NCBI RefSeq assembly: GCF_016127575.1 | Contig: NZ_CP066019.1 | Coordinates: forward strand, 2,190,001 to 2,222,000 | Reading direction: 5' to 3' | DNA from: Cupriavidus necator | Lineage (GTDB): Bacteria > Pseudomonadota > Gammaproteobacteria > Burkholderiales > Burkholderiaceae | Length of the DNA: 32,000 nt | Shown here: positions 9,369 to 17,941 of the stretch, piece by piece | Numbering within the stretch: the first letter of the stretch is position 1 | Layout: each line of letters opens with the position of its first letter | Translations under genes and position numbers: made by a program | The notes under the pieces: model-generated | Databases searched by the model: none | What the model was told of the DNA's origin: nothing | Seen by the model: the letters and a program-made list of their open reading frames with translations, nothing else

Positions 9369-9451
9369 GACGGGAGCGGGCTTGCGCAGGGAAGCCCGTG
9401 GCTCGGGTCAGGCCCGCACGAAGGCAGACTTGGCTCAGAGCCCCGACGGCT

Positions 9452-9763
9452 TCAATCGTCATCGTGCCAGCGGTGCCACTCGCGATGGCGCCGCCTCCAC
9501 TCGCGTTCCCTCCACCGCTGCTCGCGCCACTGTTGTTCACGCCATGCGCGTGCCTGCCAATCGTCGTAGTAATCAGGCGCCACTACCACCGGGCGCGGAG
9601 CAACGTAGACAGGGGCCGGTTCGTAGTACACCGGGGGCGGAGGCGCTGCAACCACGACACCTGGAATACCGATGCCAATTCCGACGTCTACCCTTGCCTG
9701 GGCGGCGCCAGACGCAAGCATGGATGCGACTGCGATTGCACAAACTGCCAGGATCTTCTGCAT
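9452..9763 (-). CDS. Small exported repeat protein: Pro/Val-rich (PXPV-like) core and a Trp/Arg/Glu-periodic tail
   Basis: The signal peptide is MQKILAVCAIAVASMLASGAAQA|RVDVG. It is followed by GIPGVVVAAPPPPVYYEPAPVYVAPRPVVVAP and then WQARAWREQQWREQRWREREWRRRHREWHRWHDDD. The family name comes from recollection of PXPV repeat proteins in Burkholderiales. Confidence 0.7.
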   Translation of the reverse strand: MQKILAVCAIAVASMLASGAAQARVDVGIGIGIPGVVVAAPPPPVYYEPAPVYVAPRPVVVAPDYYDDWQARAWREQQWREQRWREREWRRRHREWHRWHDDD

Positions 9764-9935
9764 GATGCTGTTCCGTCGAATGTTGCCAATACCTTATGGC
9801 GTTCTCGCCCTGTTTGGTATGTGCAGAACCTAAAGCTGGTTACCTCGTGTAACGGCGGCAGGTTGTGACAGTTGACCACGGCGCTTGAGAGTCTTGTAAG
9901 GCTTTGTATCCACTGCGAAGTCAGAGGCTGTCGCA

Positions 9936-10397
9936 TCAATCCTTGTTACGGTCTCTGCCGCGACCGTTGCCACCGTCGGCGTCACGATTCCGCCCACGGT
10001 CATCACCGCGGTTACCGCCACGGTCATTGCCCCGGTCCCCGCCATGCTCTCCGCGCCGGTCCCGGCCGCGATTCTCTGCTCGCTCATCGCCCCGGTTCCA
10101 TCCACGCTTCTCGCCGCGGTTTTCGCCTTGGTCTCCACCACGGTTCCAGCCGCGGTTATCACGGCCGCTCCAGTCACGGCCCCTGTTTCGCTGCTCGTCC
10201 CGGTCCCAGCCTCGATCCCAGTCACCGCCCCACTTTCGGTTGCCGCCGTAGTACCTTCCGCCGTCCCAATCGGAGTAACCGCCGCCGTAAATCGGACGCG
10301 AGTATCCGCCGTGGTAGTAGCCGTCATCATAGGGAGCGACGGCGCAGCCGGTGAGAAGTGCTGCCGTGACCACGGTGAGCACAAATAGGGGTTTCAT
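9936..10397 (-). CDS. Lipoprotein with a Gly/Arg/Asp/Asn/Trp-rich low-complexity mature domain
   Basis: The ATG at 10395-10397 gives MKPLFVLTVVTAALLTG|C, a signal peptide with a lipobox. The rest of the protein consists of RG/DRG/NRG/W repeats. The longer ORF to 10433 was not used. The other open frames here lack any export signal. Confidence 0.65.
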   Translation of the reverse strand: MKPLFVLTVVTAALLTGCAVAPYDDGYYHGGYSRPIYGGGYSDWDGGRYYGGNRKWGGDWDRGWDRDEQRNRGRDWSGRDNRGWNRGGDQGENRGEKRGWNRGDERAENRGRDRRGEHGGDRGNDRGGNRGDDRGRNRDADGGNGRGRDRNKD

Positions 10398-10579
10398 GGT
10401 GACCTGCGCTTGCAGTTGGCGAATTTGCCGCAAGGATACCGACGGGCACCTCCCCCGGTTGTAAGAAATCGTGTCCCGAGCGCGAAGTCGCCGATGACGG
10501 CAGCACCGATCGTCAACGTGCCTGAGATGGCGAGCCAGTCGGTGCAGGGATCGAAACGATTTGGGGTAGCCGCATGGGG

Positions 10580-10819
10580 CTACAAGCCGGTCTTAGTGTT
10601 CTCGACGCATGCTTTTGCGTAAGCGATTGCTTCGGTCATTGCCTCGCCCTCGCTATTGAACGAGGCTTTGATCTTGTGCCGCAAGCCTGGGACAAACTCG
10701 TTTGCGTGATCGATTCTTCGCTCGAACAATACCGATGCCTCCCAGGTCCCGGACTTAGACTTCCAGACCGTGCAGTGGCAGTAGTACTCCCCTTCTTCGA
10801 CCCAGACATGGCTCGACAT
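10580..10819 (-). CDS. Small hypothetical protein (79 aa), paralogue of 10938..11141
   Basis: The ATG is preceded by GGGAGGTCGC. It shares GTWEAS / F-x-S-E..A....IAYAKACVE motifs with the neighbouring 67-aa protein. Confidence 0.65.
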   Translation of the reverse strand: MSSHVWVEEGEYYCHCTVWKSKSGTWEASVLFERRIDHANEFVPGLRHKIKASFNSEGEAMTEAIAYAKACVENTKTGL

Positions 10820-10937
10820 GGCGACCTCCCAGCGTTTCGAGGCATCCTAGCATGACGAAAGAACGCACCATCCGGCATCAACTGCGGCGGCGCATAGGTG
10901 CCAATCCGTGGGTCTGGGTGGGCGATTTCAGAGGGGT

Positions 10938-11141
10938 TCAGCCGTGATCATCTACCCACGCTTTCGCCCAGGCAATGCCGGCTGCCGCGGCACGCTCAAA
11001 CGAGGGGTAGTACCCCAAGGGATCCGATCCTTCTTCGATGCGGCCGTCCTTCTCAACTGCACCGGATGCCTCGAAGGATCCGTCGCCAAGCTGCTTTGCA
11101 AAGCCGCGGACGATGTAGCCCTGGTAGCTTTCGATTGTCAT
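10938..11141 (-). CDS. Small hypothetical protein (67 aa), paralogue of 10580..10819
   Basis: The ATG is preceded by GGAGGTCGTC. It shares GSFEAS / SFERAAAAGIAWAKAWVDD motifs with the 79-aa neighbour. Confidence 0.65.
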   Translation of the reverse strand: MTIESYQGYIVRGFAKQLGDGSFEASGAVEKDGRIEEGSDPLGYYPSFERAAAAGIAWAKAWVDDHG

Positions 11142-11284
11142 GACGACCTCCGACTTAGATAGGAAAATCGTAGCATGAAGAAACTGGTCAACCCGACCCT
11201 CTGACAGAAATGGGGTTCACCCGCCATAGGGACGATACACTTGCAAGCTCGGGCTATATCAAACTCACGCTTGGAGGAACCACG

Positions 11285-11593
11285 ATGGCAAAGCTAGTGG
11301 TGCTATACAAGAAGCCTGCGGACACGGCGGCGTTTGATTCATATTACTTCTCGACCCATGTTCCGATCGCCAAGAAGATCGCCGGCCTGCGACGCTACGA
11401 GGTCAGCAGCGGCCCGGTTGCAAGCCCGGCCGGCGATTCGCCGTTTCACCTGGTTGCGGTGCTGAGCTTCGATTCGCTGGCGGCGCTCCAGCAGGCAATG
11501 GCTTCGCCTGAGGGCGCCGCAGCAGCAGCTGACCTGGCCAATTTTGCCCAGGCCGGGGTTGACATGCTCATCTTCGACACGAAGGAAGTTTAG
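11285..11593 (+). CDS. EthD-family protein (TIGR02118-like)
   Basis: MAKLVVLYKKPADTAAFDSYYFSTHVPIAKKIAGLRRYEVS matches my recollection of the EthD/TIGR02118 N-terminus. The ATG at 11285 follows GGAGGAACCACG. The upstream 25 codons of the ORF were discarded. Confidence 0.8.
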   Translation: MAKLVVLYKKPADTAAFDSYYFSTHVPIAKKIAGLRRYEVSSGPVASPAGDSPFHLVAVLSFDSLAALQQAMASPEGAAAAADLANFAQAGVDMLIFDTKEV

Positions 11594-11667
11594 GCCGGCG
11601 GCGGTGCAAAGCACATGGCCGCCCCCAGCGCTCCGCCTCTTCTGGCCTCCCAAGAGCCAAAGCCGAC

Positions 11668-12237
11668 TTAATTTGCAGCTGCCTTTGAGGCCTGTGCTGC
11701 GCGACGTTGCATGCCTTTCGAGGCCACCTGCGCAGCAGTATTGAAGCTGCTCTCGGCCGCTTGCACGGCCTGTTTTGCCGTCGTTTGCATCGACTCATAG
11801 AGCGTAGTGGTCGCGCTGACGGCCTCCTGCCAGGCAGCCAATGGCGCCGCCGCCGCGCCGCTGGGCGTTTGGCTCACCACGCTTCCAAGGAAGTCGTGCA
11901 GACCCTGCTTGCCTGCCGTGTACTGGACCTCGGCGACCTTCTCGAACTCCGCCCGGGTGGCGGCGAGGATGTCGTACAGTTGACGACGATATGCCAGTAC
12001 ATTGTCGGCCGCGGGTTGAAATAACGCGATTTGCAATTCGACCAATTCTTGCGGGTCCTTGGCTGAGAGCGCTTTCCTTGCGCCTTCTCGTGAATCAGCC
12101 AGCGCCGTCTTCATCGCTTGCAGATTCAGCTCCAGCAGTTTTTCGAAGCCTTCAAAGGCCTTGCCGGTCAGCCCGGTCAGGGCTTCAATGCCTGCCATCT
12201 GGACCTTAATGAATTGCTCGGGGGACCACTGAGTCAT
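11668..12237 (-). CDS. phaP: Phasin family protein (PHA granule-associated)
   Basis: The 189-aa protein contains LTGKAFEGFEKLLELNLQAMKT...ALSAKDPQELVELQ...LAYRRQLYDI...EFEKVAEVQ. This is collinear with Cupriavidus necator PhaP1 as I recall it. It has an Ala/Gln/Lys-rich tail. AGGAGA precedes the ATG. Confidence 0.85.
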   Translation of the reverse strand: MTQWSPEQFIKVQMAGIEALTGLTGKAFEGFEKLLELNLQAMKTALADSREGARKALSAKDPQELVELQIALFQPAADNVLAYRRQLYDILAATRAEFEKVAEVQYTAGKQGLHDFLGSVVSQTPSGAAAAPLAAWQEAVSATTTLYESMQTTAKQAVQAAESSFNTAAQVASKGMQRRAAQASKAAAN

Positions 12238-12401
12238 CTTGCGTCTCCTAAGTGCGACCCGCCACCTGAGCTATCCGATGAGAGCTCCGACGGGACCGGA
12301 ATCGAGTGGAAAACAATTGCTGCATCGTGACCCTGGCAGGCCACGCCGATCAGACGAAAGCGCGCCAACGCCGGCAGTCGCTTCCAGCTAAAGCAATACG
12401 C

Positions 12402-12779
12402 TCATAAGGAGGCCTGGCGAGCCTGACCCTCGCTTGCGCGAACTCGCCCGAGGGCTTTCAGAAAAGCGTAGCCCTGGATTGTCACCTGAGGGCGGCTGTG
12501 GTTTGGCCCAAGGCGCTCAAGCGTAACCAGTTTATACGCGAGCAGCGCGTCCATATCCGCGCGGTCCAGCCCCGTTGGGTCGGAGCTGCCGCTTACCAGC
12601 ACAAGCGTGGCGAATTCATGATGACTCAGCACAGTCGTCTCCCAAGCTGTAGGTTTACTTTTGCTACGGGACTTCACTACTGTCCGTGACAGCCGGCCTG
12701 GTTTGCACAGGCCGCTTGTTTCGTCTCGGACGCGAGGTTCTGGCTGGCGGGTGCTTGTTTTCGCACCCGGAACGTTCAT
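12402..12779 (-). CDS. Hypothetical protein (basic Ser/Thr/Lys/Arg-rich N-terminus, unassigned C-terminal domain)
   Basis: The ORF is open from 12402 to 12857. I prefer the ATG at 12779 (MNVPGAKTS...), but the start is uncertain and no good SD is present. It lies in lower-GC DNA with mixed third-position usage. I recognise no family. Confidence 0.45.
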   Translation of the reverse strand: MNVPGAKTSTRQPEPRVRDETSGLCKPGRLSRTVVKSRSKSKPTAWETTVLSHHEFATLVLVSGSSDPTGLDRADMDALLAYKLVTLERLGPNHSRPQVTIQGYAFLKALGRVRASEGQARQASL

Positions 12780-13257
12780 CTTAGTTGCTCGCCACCTTGT
12801 GTTCAATGTGATTGCAAGCATGTTTGCCGTAATCCCCGGTATTTTCTCCTTTACCAAAACGTGCGCAGGGGCAGATCAACGAATATCGCAACATGACATA
12901 CATTCAGGTTCGGGAGCACCATTCGCCGACCGACCGGACGGCTTGCATTAGCGCAACTCGCCGAGGTCCGCTACCGATATGTCGCTGCTGGGGAAAGGCA
13001 TGGAGCTTCAGGCCGAATGAGGACCGCTCTGCGTCAAAAAAAACGCGTCGCCGGAGTGGTGACGCGGGTGGTAGTAGCAGGACTTCAGGGCGATTCTATA
13101 TTGACTTAGATTTTTCTTACGTCAGAATTAAGCAAGACCTTGACTCTCCAGATCTGAAGCCAAGGGGCAAGGTGAGCAGGGCAACGCTGAGTTGAATTCA
13201 GTAGCACATTGAATCAGACCGGCAACCCCGCGCGGGATGGTGTGAGTGGAGGCAGAA

Positions 13258-13632
13258 ATGACAACGGCTCGGGCTGGAACCAAAGGGGAAGCCATCAGGC
13301 TCCTGGAGGCAGAGGGGGTCGCGCTGGTCGAGCTCGACTATGAGTCAGGTTGGCAAGATGCTATTGAGCTCGGGCGCCTTGGTAATAAGGTAGGGATACG
13401 GGTGGAGTACCGCGGACACGAAAGCATTGCCGTGAAGTCCCTCGCGGCGCTCATTGCTGGCCTCAGCCGGCCGAAGGTGTCCTTCCGGCAACGGAACCTG
13501 TACTGCCAGTTTGCATTGGACCAGCTGGCAGCCAACGAGTTGGTTGCCTTGGAGACAAAGGCCATGAAGGCTGGCGACTACATCCTGGCCGGGCACCTGC
13601 TGCGGGACGTCGATGCCGTTTGGACTGAGTGA
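13258..13632 (+). CDS. Hypothetical protein (124 aa)
   Basis: The ATG at 13258 is preceded by GGAGG with a 5-nt spacer. The composition looks like a normal globular protein (MTTARAGTKGEAIRLLEAEGVALVELDYESGWQD...). I recognise no family. It sits in a low-GC islet. Confidence 0.55.
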   Translation: MTTARAGTKGEAIRLLEAEGVALVELDYESGWQDAIELGRLGNKVGIRVEYRGHESIAVKSLAALIAGLSRPKVSFRQRNLYCQFALDQLAANELVALETKAMKAGDYILAGHLLRDVDAVWTE

Positions 13633-13882
13633 GCCTGGATCGAGGGGATTTTCCTCGGATTCGGCGATCGGAAATTTGCGCACTCAGCCCGTATCGCGAC
13701 TCGCCCGCCTCATCATCAGCGCTCTGATCCAGAGGTTAACCCGCAGATGCTGCCCGCCCTCCTCTTCGGTATGCTAGGGGTTCGGCGCGCCGTAACGCAT
13801 CCAACCATATTTTGGCGACGGGGCGATTCTGGGGCGGGACTTCTCAGCACGCAACCTGTGTGCACCAAATGTCGAGGACGAG

Positions 13883-14086
13883 ATGGCGACTGGCATCGTG
13901 AAGTGGTTTAACAGTGAAAAGGGCTATGGGTTCATCACGCCGGATGATGGTGGCAAGGACTTGTTTGCCCACCACAGCGAAATCCAAGGCACCGGGTTCA
14001 AATCGCTGGAGGAAGGTGCGAGAGTGGAATTCGAAGTCACGCAAGGTCAGAAGGGCCCACAAGCGTCAAAGATTCGCCCGCTATAG
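13883..14086 (+). CDS. cspA: Cold-shock protein, CspA family
   Basis: [34 protein letters not shown] carries the RNP1 (KGYGFI) and RNP2-like (LFAHH) motifs. The protein is 67 aa. GAGGA precedes the ATG. Confidence 0.95.
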   Translation: MATGIVKWFNSEKGYGFITPDDGGKDLFAHHSEIQGTGFKSLEEGARVEFEVTQGQKGPQASKIRPL

Positions 14087-14117
14087 TCGACCTGCCCACC
14101 TGACGGCCTGAATTGAC

Positions 14118-14156
14118 AAAGCCCTCCACGAATTGCGAAGGGCTTTTCTGTTTTGC
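14118..14156 (+). terminator. Rho-independent terminator after cspA
   Basis: The stem AAAGCCCT (14118-14125) pairs with AGGGCTTT (14139-14146) and is followed by TTCTGTTTT. A second hairpin, GCGGCTGG/CCAGCCGC, follows at 14155-14172. Confidence 0.75.
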
Positions 14157-14361
14157 GGCTGGTGCCAGCCGCATCCGGGGGGTCGCTATTTCCTGCGCCA
14201 ATATCGACTGACAACAGCATTCCGGGCTCAGCGCGACAGACCTCGGGCTCATGGCGACGGAGGTAGTCGACCACCGTTGCGAGTTCCAAACGGAGCCGCT
14301 TGCCGCCCCGTGTAAACTCCTGCATCGGCGGATCGCCAACCATCCCCTATTGAGGAAGAAC

Positions 14362-14802
14362 ATGACTCGACAATCACTTCGTACGCTGTGCCTGACCCTG
14401 CTGCTGACCGCTGCCACCACACCGGTGCTGGCCGATGACCTGAAGAACGCCGTGGGCGGCGGTCTGGGTGGTGCCGCGGGCGCCGCCGTCGGTGGCGCAC
14501 TGGGCGGCAGCACGGGTGCCGTGGTCGGCGGTGCCGTGGGCGGCGGTGCGGGCGGCGCGGTGACTGCCAACAAGAAGGAACGAACCGGCGCCATCGTGGG
14601 TGGCGCGCTGGGCGGTGGCGCCGGCGCGGCGGCCGGCAATGCCTTGGGCGGCCGAACCGGCGGCATCGTCGGTGCCGCGGCCGGTGGTGCAGCGGGTTCG
14701 GCGCTGGGCGGCAATGTGTCGCGCAACAACTATGCCGATGACCACAAGAACGGCAATCGCGGCAAGCACAAGGGCCACAAGAAGCATCGTCACGACGACT
14801 GA
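14362..14802 (+). CDS. Exported glycine-zipper protein with a basic His/Lys-rich tail
   Basis: The ATG at 14362 follows GAGGAAGAAC. The signal peptide is MTRQSLRTLCLTLLLTAATTPVLA|DD. It is followed by GxxxG-type repeats (GGGLGGAAGAAVGGALGG...) and a C-terminal NGNRGKHKGHKKHRHDD. Confidence 0.7.
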   Translation: MTRQSLRTLCLTLLLTAATTPVLADDLKNAVGGGLGGAAGAAVGGALGGSTGAVVGGAVGGGAGGAVTANKKERTGAIVGGALGGGAGAAAGNALGGRTGGIVGAAAGGAAGSALGGNVSRNNYADDHKNGNRGKHKGHKKHRHDD

Positions 14803-14914
14803 GTGAGGCGACGCGCGATGGCGCCCGTCACTTGGGCATCCATCCCATCGCGCTCTTAACCGCATCGCGCGGCGGCACCTGCGAAAGCGAATGTCGCGTC
14901 CGCCAGCGACGACA

Positions 14915-17212
14915 TCAGAATTTCCAGAACAGGAATTGCCGATGCTGTCGCGCATGGGGCTTGCGAGGAGCCCGGGTCTCAGGACTGAACCGCGCATCCG
15001 GGTCGATCACTCGTGCGCGCAGCGCCATGTCGTAGAACGCGCCCACCATCGGCAGCGCGCTATGCGCGCCCTGGCCCCAGTCGTTACCGAGCGTCACACG
15101 TCCATCGTCAAAACCCACCCACGCGCCCGCGACCAGTTGCGGATGCATCAGGATGAACCAGCCATCCGCGTTGTCCTGCGTGGTGCCCGTCTTGCCGGCC
15201 ACGTCGGCGCGAATCCCGAAGCGCGTGCGGATGCCTGCGCCGGTGCCGCGGATAATGACGTCGCGCATCACATCGACGAGCGTTTGCGCGGCGGCGGCGG
15301 ACAGTGCCTGTTCCGGCGATGCGCTCGCAAATTCGGCGAGCACCTTGCCGTCGTGATCCTCGATCCGGGTAACCATGCGCGGTTCGACATAGGCACCGCG
15401 GTTCGCGATCGTGCTGTACGCCGATACCATTTCCTTGAGCGTGACCGGGCTCGTGCCGAGCGCGAGCGACGGCACCGCTGCGAGGGGACTGTCGCGCACG
15501 CCCATCGCGCGCGCGAGCCGTGCGACCTTCTCGGGGCTTTCCTTTTGCATGAGCTGAGCGGTGACGCGGTTGCGCGAATACACTAGCGCGTCGCGCAGCG
15601 TCATCGGCCGGTCGGTGGGCGGCGCCGCATCGGTAGGCCGCCAGATCGCCTGGCCGGCCAGTGGAATGGCGACGTTCCGGTCTACGATCGTATCGCCTGG
15701 CCGCGCGCCGTCCGCGAACGCCGCCCCGTAGACGAATGGCTTGAAGGTAGAACCCGGCTGGCGCCGGGCCTGCTGCACGTGATCGAATGGTGCATCACCG
15801 AAATCGCGACTACCCACCCATGCCTTGATATCGCCGTTGCGCGGATCGATCGCGACAAAACCCGCCTGGACCTGAGTCTTGCTCCGGCAGAGTGCGCGGA
15901 CAAACGTGCGATTCATGCCGAGCTTCCTGAGCGCGACCTGATCCGATTGACCAGCATCGCGTGCTGCACGATAGTCAGGCGTTTGCCGGATGAATGTCCG
16001 GAACAGGTCGTTGCCTGGCCAACAGCCAGTGCGTTCGTTCCATGCCCCGTTCGCGATCCATTGCAACTGGCTCGCCTGCCAGTCCATCGCCTGCACCGCC
16101 ATCGTCTGCAGACGGTAATCTATGGTTGTGCGCACGACAAGCCCGTCGGCATAGATGTTGTAGCCGTTGCGCTCGGCCCATGTGATCAGCCACTTGCGCA
16201 GTTGCGCGGAAAAATGCGGCGCTGCGCTTCGTGGCGCGGTCTGCAACCCGAAATTGACGTTGAGCGGTTGCCGCCTCAGCCAGGTGTAAGCGTCGGGCTT
16301 GAGCTTCCCGTACTTGTTCATCTGCCCTAGCACAGTGTTTCGCCGCTCCAATGCGCGCTCGGGATTCAGCACTGGGTTGTAGGTGCTGTTGGCCTTCAGC
16401 ATGCCGACGAGTGTCGCGCTCTCGAGGATATCGAGCTGATGCGCCGATTTGCCGAAATACGTGCGTGCGGCCATTTCCACGCCGTAGGCGTTGTACAGGA
16501 ACGGCACATTGTTCAGGTATGTCTCAAGGATCTGGTCCTTGCTGTACACGGCTTCGATCTTGAGCGCCGTGATCGCTTCCCTGAGCTTGCGTGCGAGGGT
16601 CGGCGCGCGGCCGATTTCGTCGGGATACAGGTTGCGCGCAAGCTGCTGCGTGATCGTCGAGCCACCCTGCCGGTCGCCGGAGAACGTATGCAGCGCAGCC
16701 GACGCGGTACGCAGCCAGTCGATCCCGTGATGCTCATAAAAGCGGCGATCTTCGGTGGCGATCAATGCAGCGACCATGTACGGCGAGATCTGCCCGAGCG
16801 ATACCCACTCGCGATTGACCGGTTTGAATTCGTCGATCACTCTGCCGTCGGCCGATACGATCAGCGCTGGGCGGTCGATGCGGGCTTTGCGGATGTCGCC
16901 GATGCCCGGCGTAAACGGCACGAGCGCCAGCACGTACAGCAGAAACAGCGCCGGCACCGCGGCGAGCGTCAGCATGATGCCGCGTCGCGTCGGGTGGCCA
17001 AGGCGGCGCAGCGCGCCGGGAAAGACGCGCCTGGCTATCGTGATGCCGGCAGCGGCCAGCGATTGGATGCGGATGAGCCACCGTACGCAATACTCACGAA
17101 AAAACAATATACAGCGGCGATTCACGGTGGCGGGACGCTTTGCGGAAAGAGCGGCATCGTACCAAAGCGGAAGGAAGCATCTGTTGGCAACACGGGGCTG
17201 CGGGGGCGGCAT
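14915..17212 (-). CDS. Class A penicillin-binding protein (bifunctional glycosyltransferase/transpeptidase, PBP1A family)
   Basis: It has the GT51 motif EDRRFYEHHGIDW, the transpeptidase motifs STFK (GSTFKPFVY) and SRN, and KTGTT. A TM helix IMLTLAAVPALFLLYVLALVPF is present. The start is uncertain: TTG 17218, ATG 17212, GTG 17125 or ATG 16975, none with a clear SD. Confidence 0.9.
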   Translation of the reverse strand: MPPPQPRVANRCFLPLWYDAALSAKRPATVNRRCILFFREYCVRWLIRIQSLAAAGITIARRVFPGALRRLGHPTRRGIMLTLAAVPALFLLYVLALVPFTPGIGDIRKARIDRPALIVSADGRVIDEFKPVNREWVSLGQISPYMVAALIATEDRRFYEHHGIDWLRTASAALHTFSGDRQGGSTITQQLARNLYPDEIGRAPTLARKLREAITALKIEAVYSKDQILETYLNNVPFLYNAYGVEMAARTYFGKSAHQLDILESATLVGMLKANSTYNPVLNPERALERRNTVLGQMNKYGKLKPDAYTWLRRQPLNVNFGLQTAPRSAAPHFSAQLRKWLITWAERNGYNIYADGLVVRTTIDYRLQTMAVQAMDWQASQLQWIANGAWNERTGCWPGNDLFRTFIRQTPDYRAARDAGQSDQVALRKLGMNRTFVRALCRSKTQVQAGFVAIDPRNGDIKAWVGSRDFGDAPFDHVQQARRQPGSTFKPFVYGAAFADGARPGDTIVDRNVAIPLAGQAIWRPTDAAPPTDRPMTLRDALVYSRNRVTAQLMQKESPEKVARLARAMGVRDSPLAAVPSLALGTSPVTLKEMVSAYSTIANRGAYVEPRMVTRIEDHDGKVLAEFASASPEQALSAAAAQTLVDVMRDVIIRGTGAGIRTRFGIRADVAGKTGTTQDNADGWFILMHPQLVAGAWVGFDDGRVTLGNDWGQGAHSALPMVGAFYDMALRARVIDPDARFSPETRAPRKPHARQHRQFLFWKF

Positions 17213-17447
17213 TAACAAACGATTACATTTGTTTCGTACGGCGCACGTTCGCTGCCTGTGCCTCTGGCTTTGCGGTCATTTTTGCGATCAATGCCGGCCG
17301 GCGGCGTATTGCATGCGAGCGCGCGTCGGCGATCCGAACTCCTGCGCTCGGTCCAACATCTTGTCGGACAGAGGCGGATAGCACTGCGACAGCGTTATCC
17401 CTAAGATTGGCTCGCTCGATCTGGCATCTTCGTGGGAGGCGCAAGGC

Positions 17448-17534
17448 ATGCAGGACATTCTGATTCTCACCGGCGGAGGACTATTGCTCGCCGCGATCCT
17501 TTTCCCCGGGCTCCGGCGCCGGCCAAGAAAGTGA
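17448..17534 (+). CDS. Candidate 28-aa single-pass membrane peptide (unverified small ORF)
   Basis: The ATG at 17448 is preceded by GGGAGG with an 8-nt spacer. It encodes MQDILILTGGGLLLAAILFPGLRRRPRK: a hydrophobic helix plus a basic tail. It is below the 60-aa track cutoff. There is no homology evidence. Confidence 0.25.
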   Translation: MQDILILTGGGLLLAAILFPGLRRRPRK

Positions 17535-17941
17535 ACGACGCGGAGTCGCGACTGCAATTACCAAGCCCGTCAGAGCCGGCGACTAAAGGGGCATGCCTAT
17601 CGGCGAACCTGCCCTACCTGGCCGAGCGGACCCATACCCTGCGCCAACGCCAGCAGGCCGCCAGGCGCGCTGCTCTGCTGCCAGACGGAGAGGTTGCTCA
17701 GGCCCCCAGCCATCGCCACATACCGTTGCGGGTGAGAGCACTCGCCGACGCGCTCGCTGAACGGCGCGGACATGGGAAGGCGAATCCGCGTTGAACCCAT
17801 GGATCGGGTCCGGAAGCCTCACGGCAACACCCAGAAGGATCCGGAGGATTTCGCGCTGGCGCTTTGCCCGAGCCATGCCCGCGTCCCCGACGTCCGAGCG
17901 TTCTGAAGGGCAGACAGCCGGTCGTGATCTGGCTCGTCAGG

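Noticed and set aside
9830-10388. Four alternative long ORFs on both strands over the RG/W lipoprotein gene
   Set aside because: The low-complexity DNA keeps most frames open. Only the 9936..10397 minus frame has a signal peptide with a lipobox, and the others are Thr/Ala/Val or Pro/Ser/Arg homopolymer-like.
14037-14997. Minus-strand ORFs of 230 and 207 aa opposite the glycine-zipper gene
   Set aside because: They are Pro/Ala-rich or Arg/Ala-rich complements of GGC/GCC repeat DNA. The plus frame has an SD, a signal peptide and a coherent glycine-zipper repeat.
17800-17850. GGTCCGGAAG motif reminiscent of the SRP (4.5S) RNA domain IV loop
   Set aside because: The flanking sequence does not continue as GGAAGCAGCC and does not form the conserved symmetric or asymmetric loops and closing helix. 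It is most likely a chance match.
17540-17940. Possible decayed gene in the 17.5-17.9 kb gap (several 60-120 aa ORFs on both strands)
   Set aside because: I could recognise no family motif in any of the six frames, so I left it unannotated and mention it only under the gap finding.
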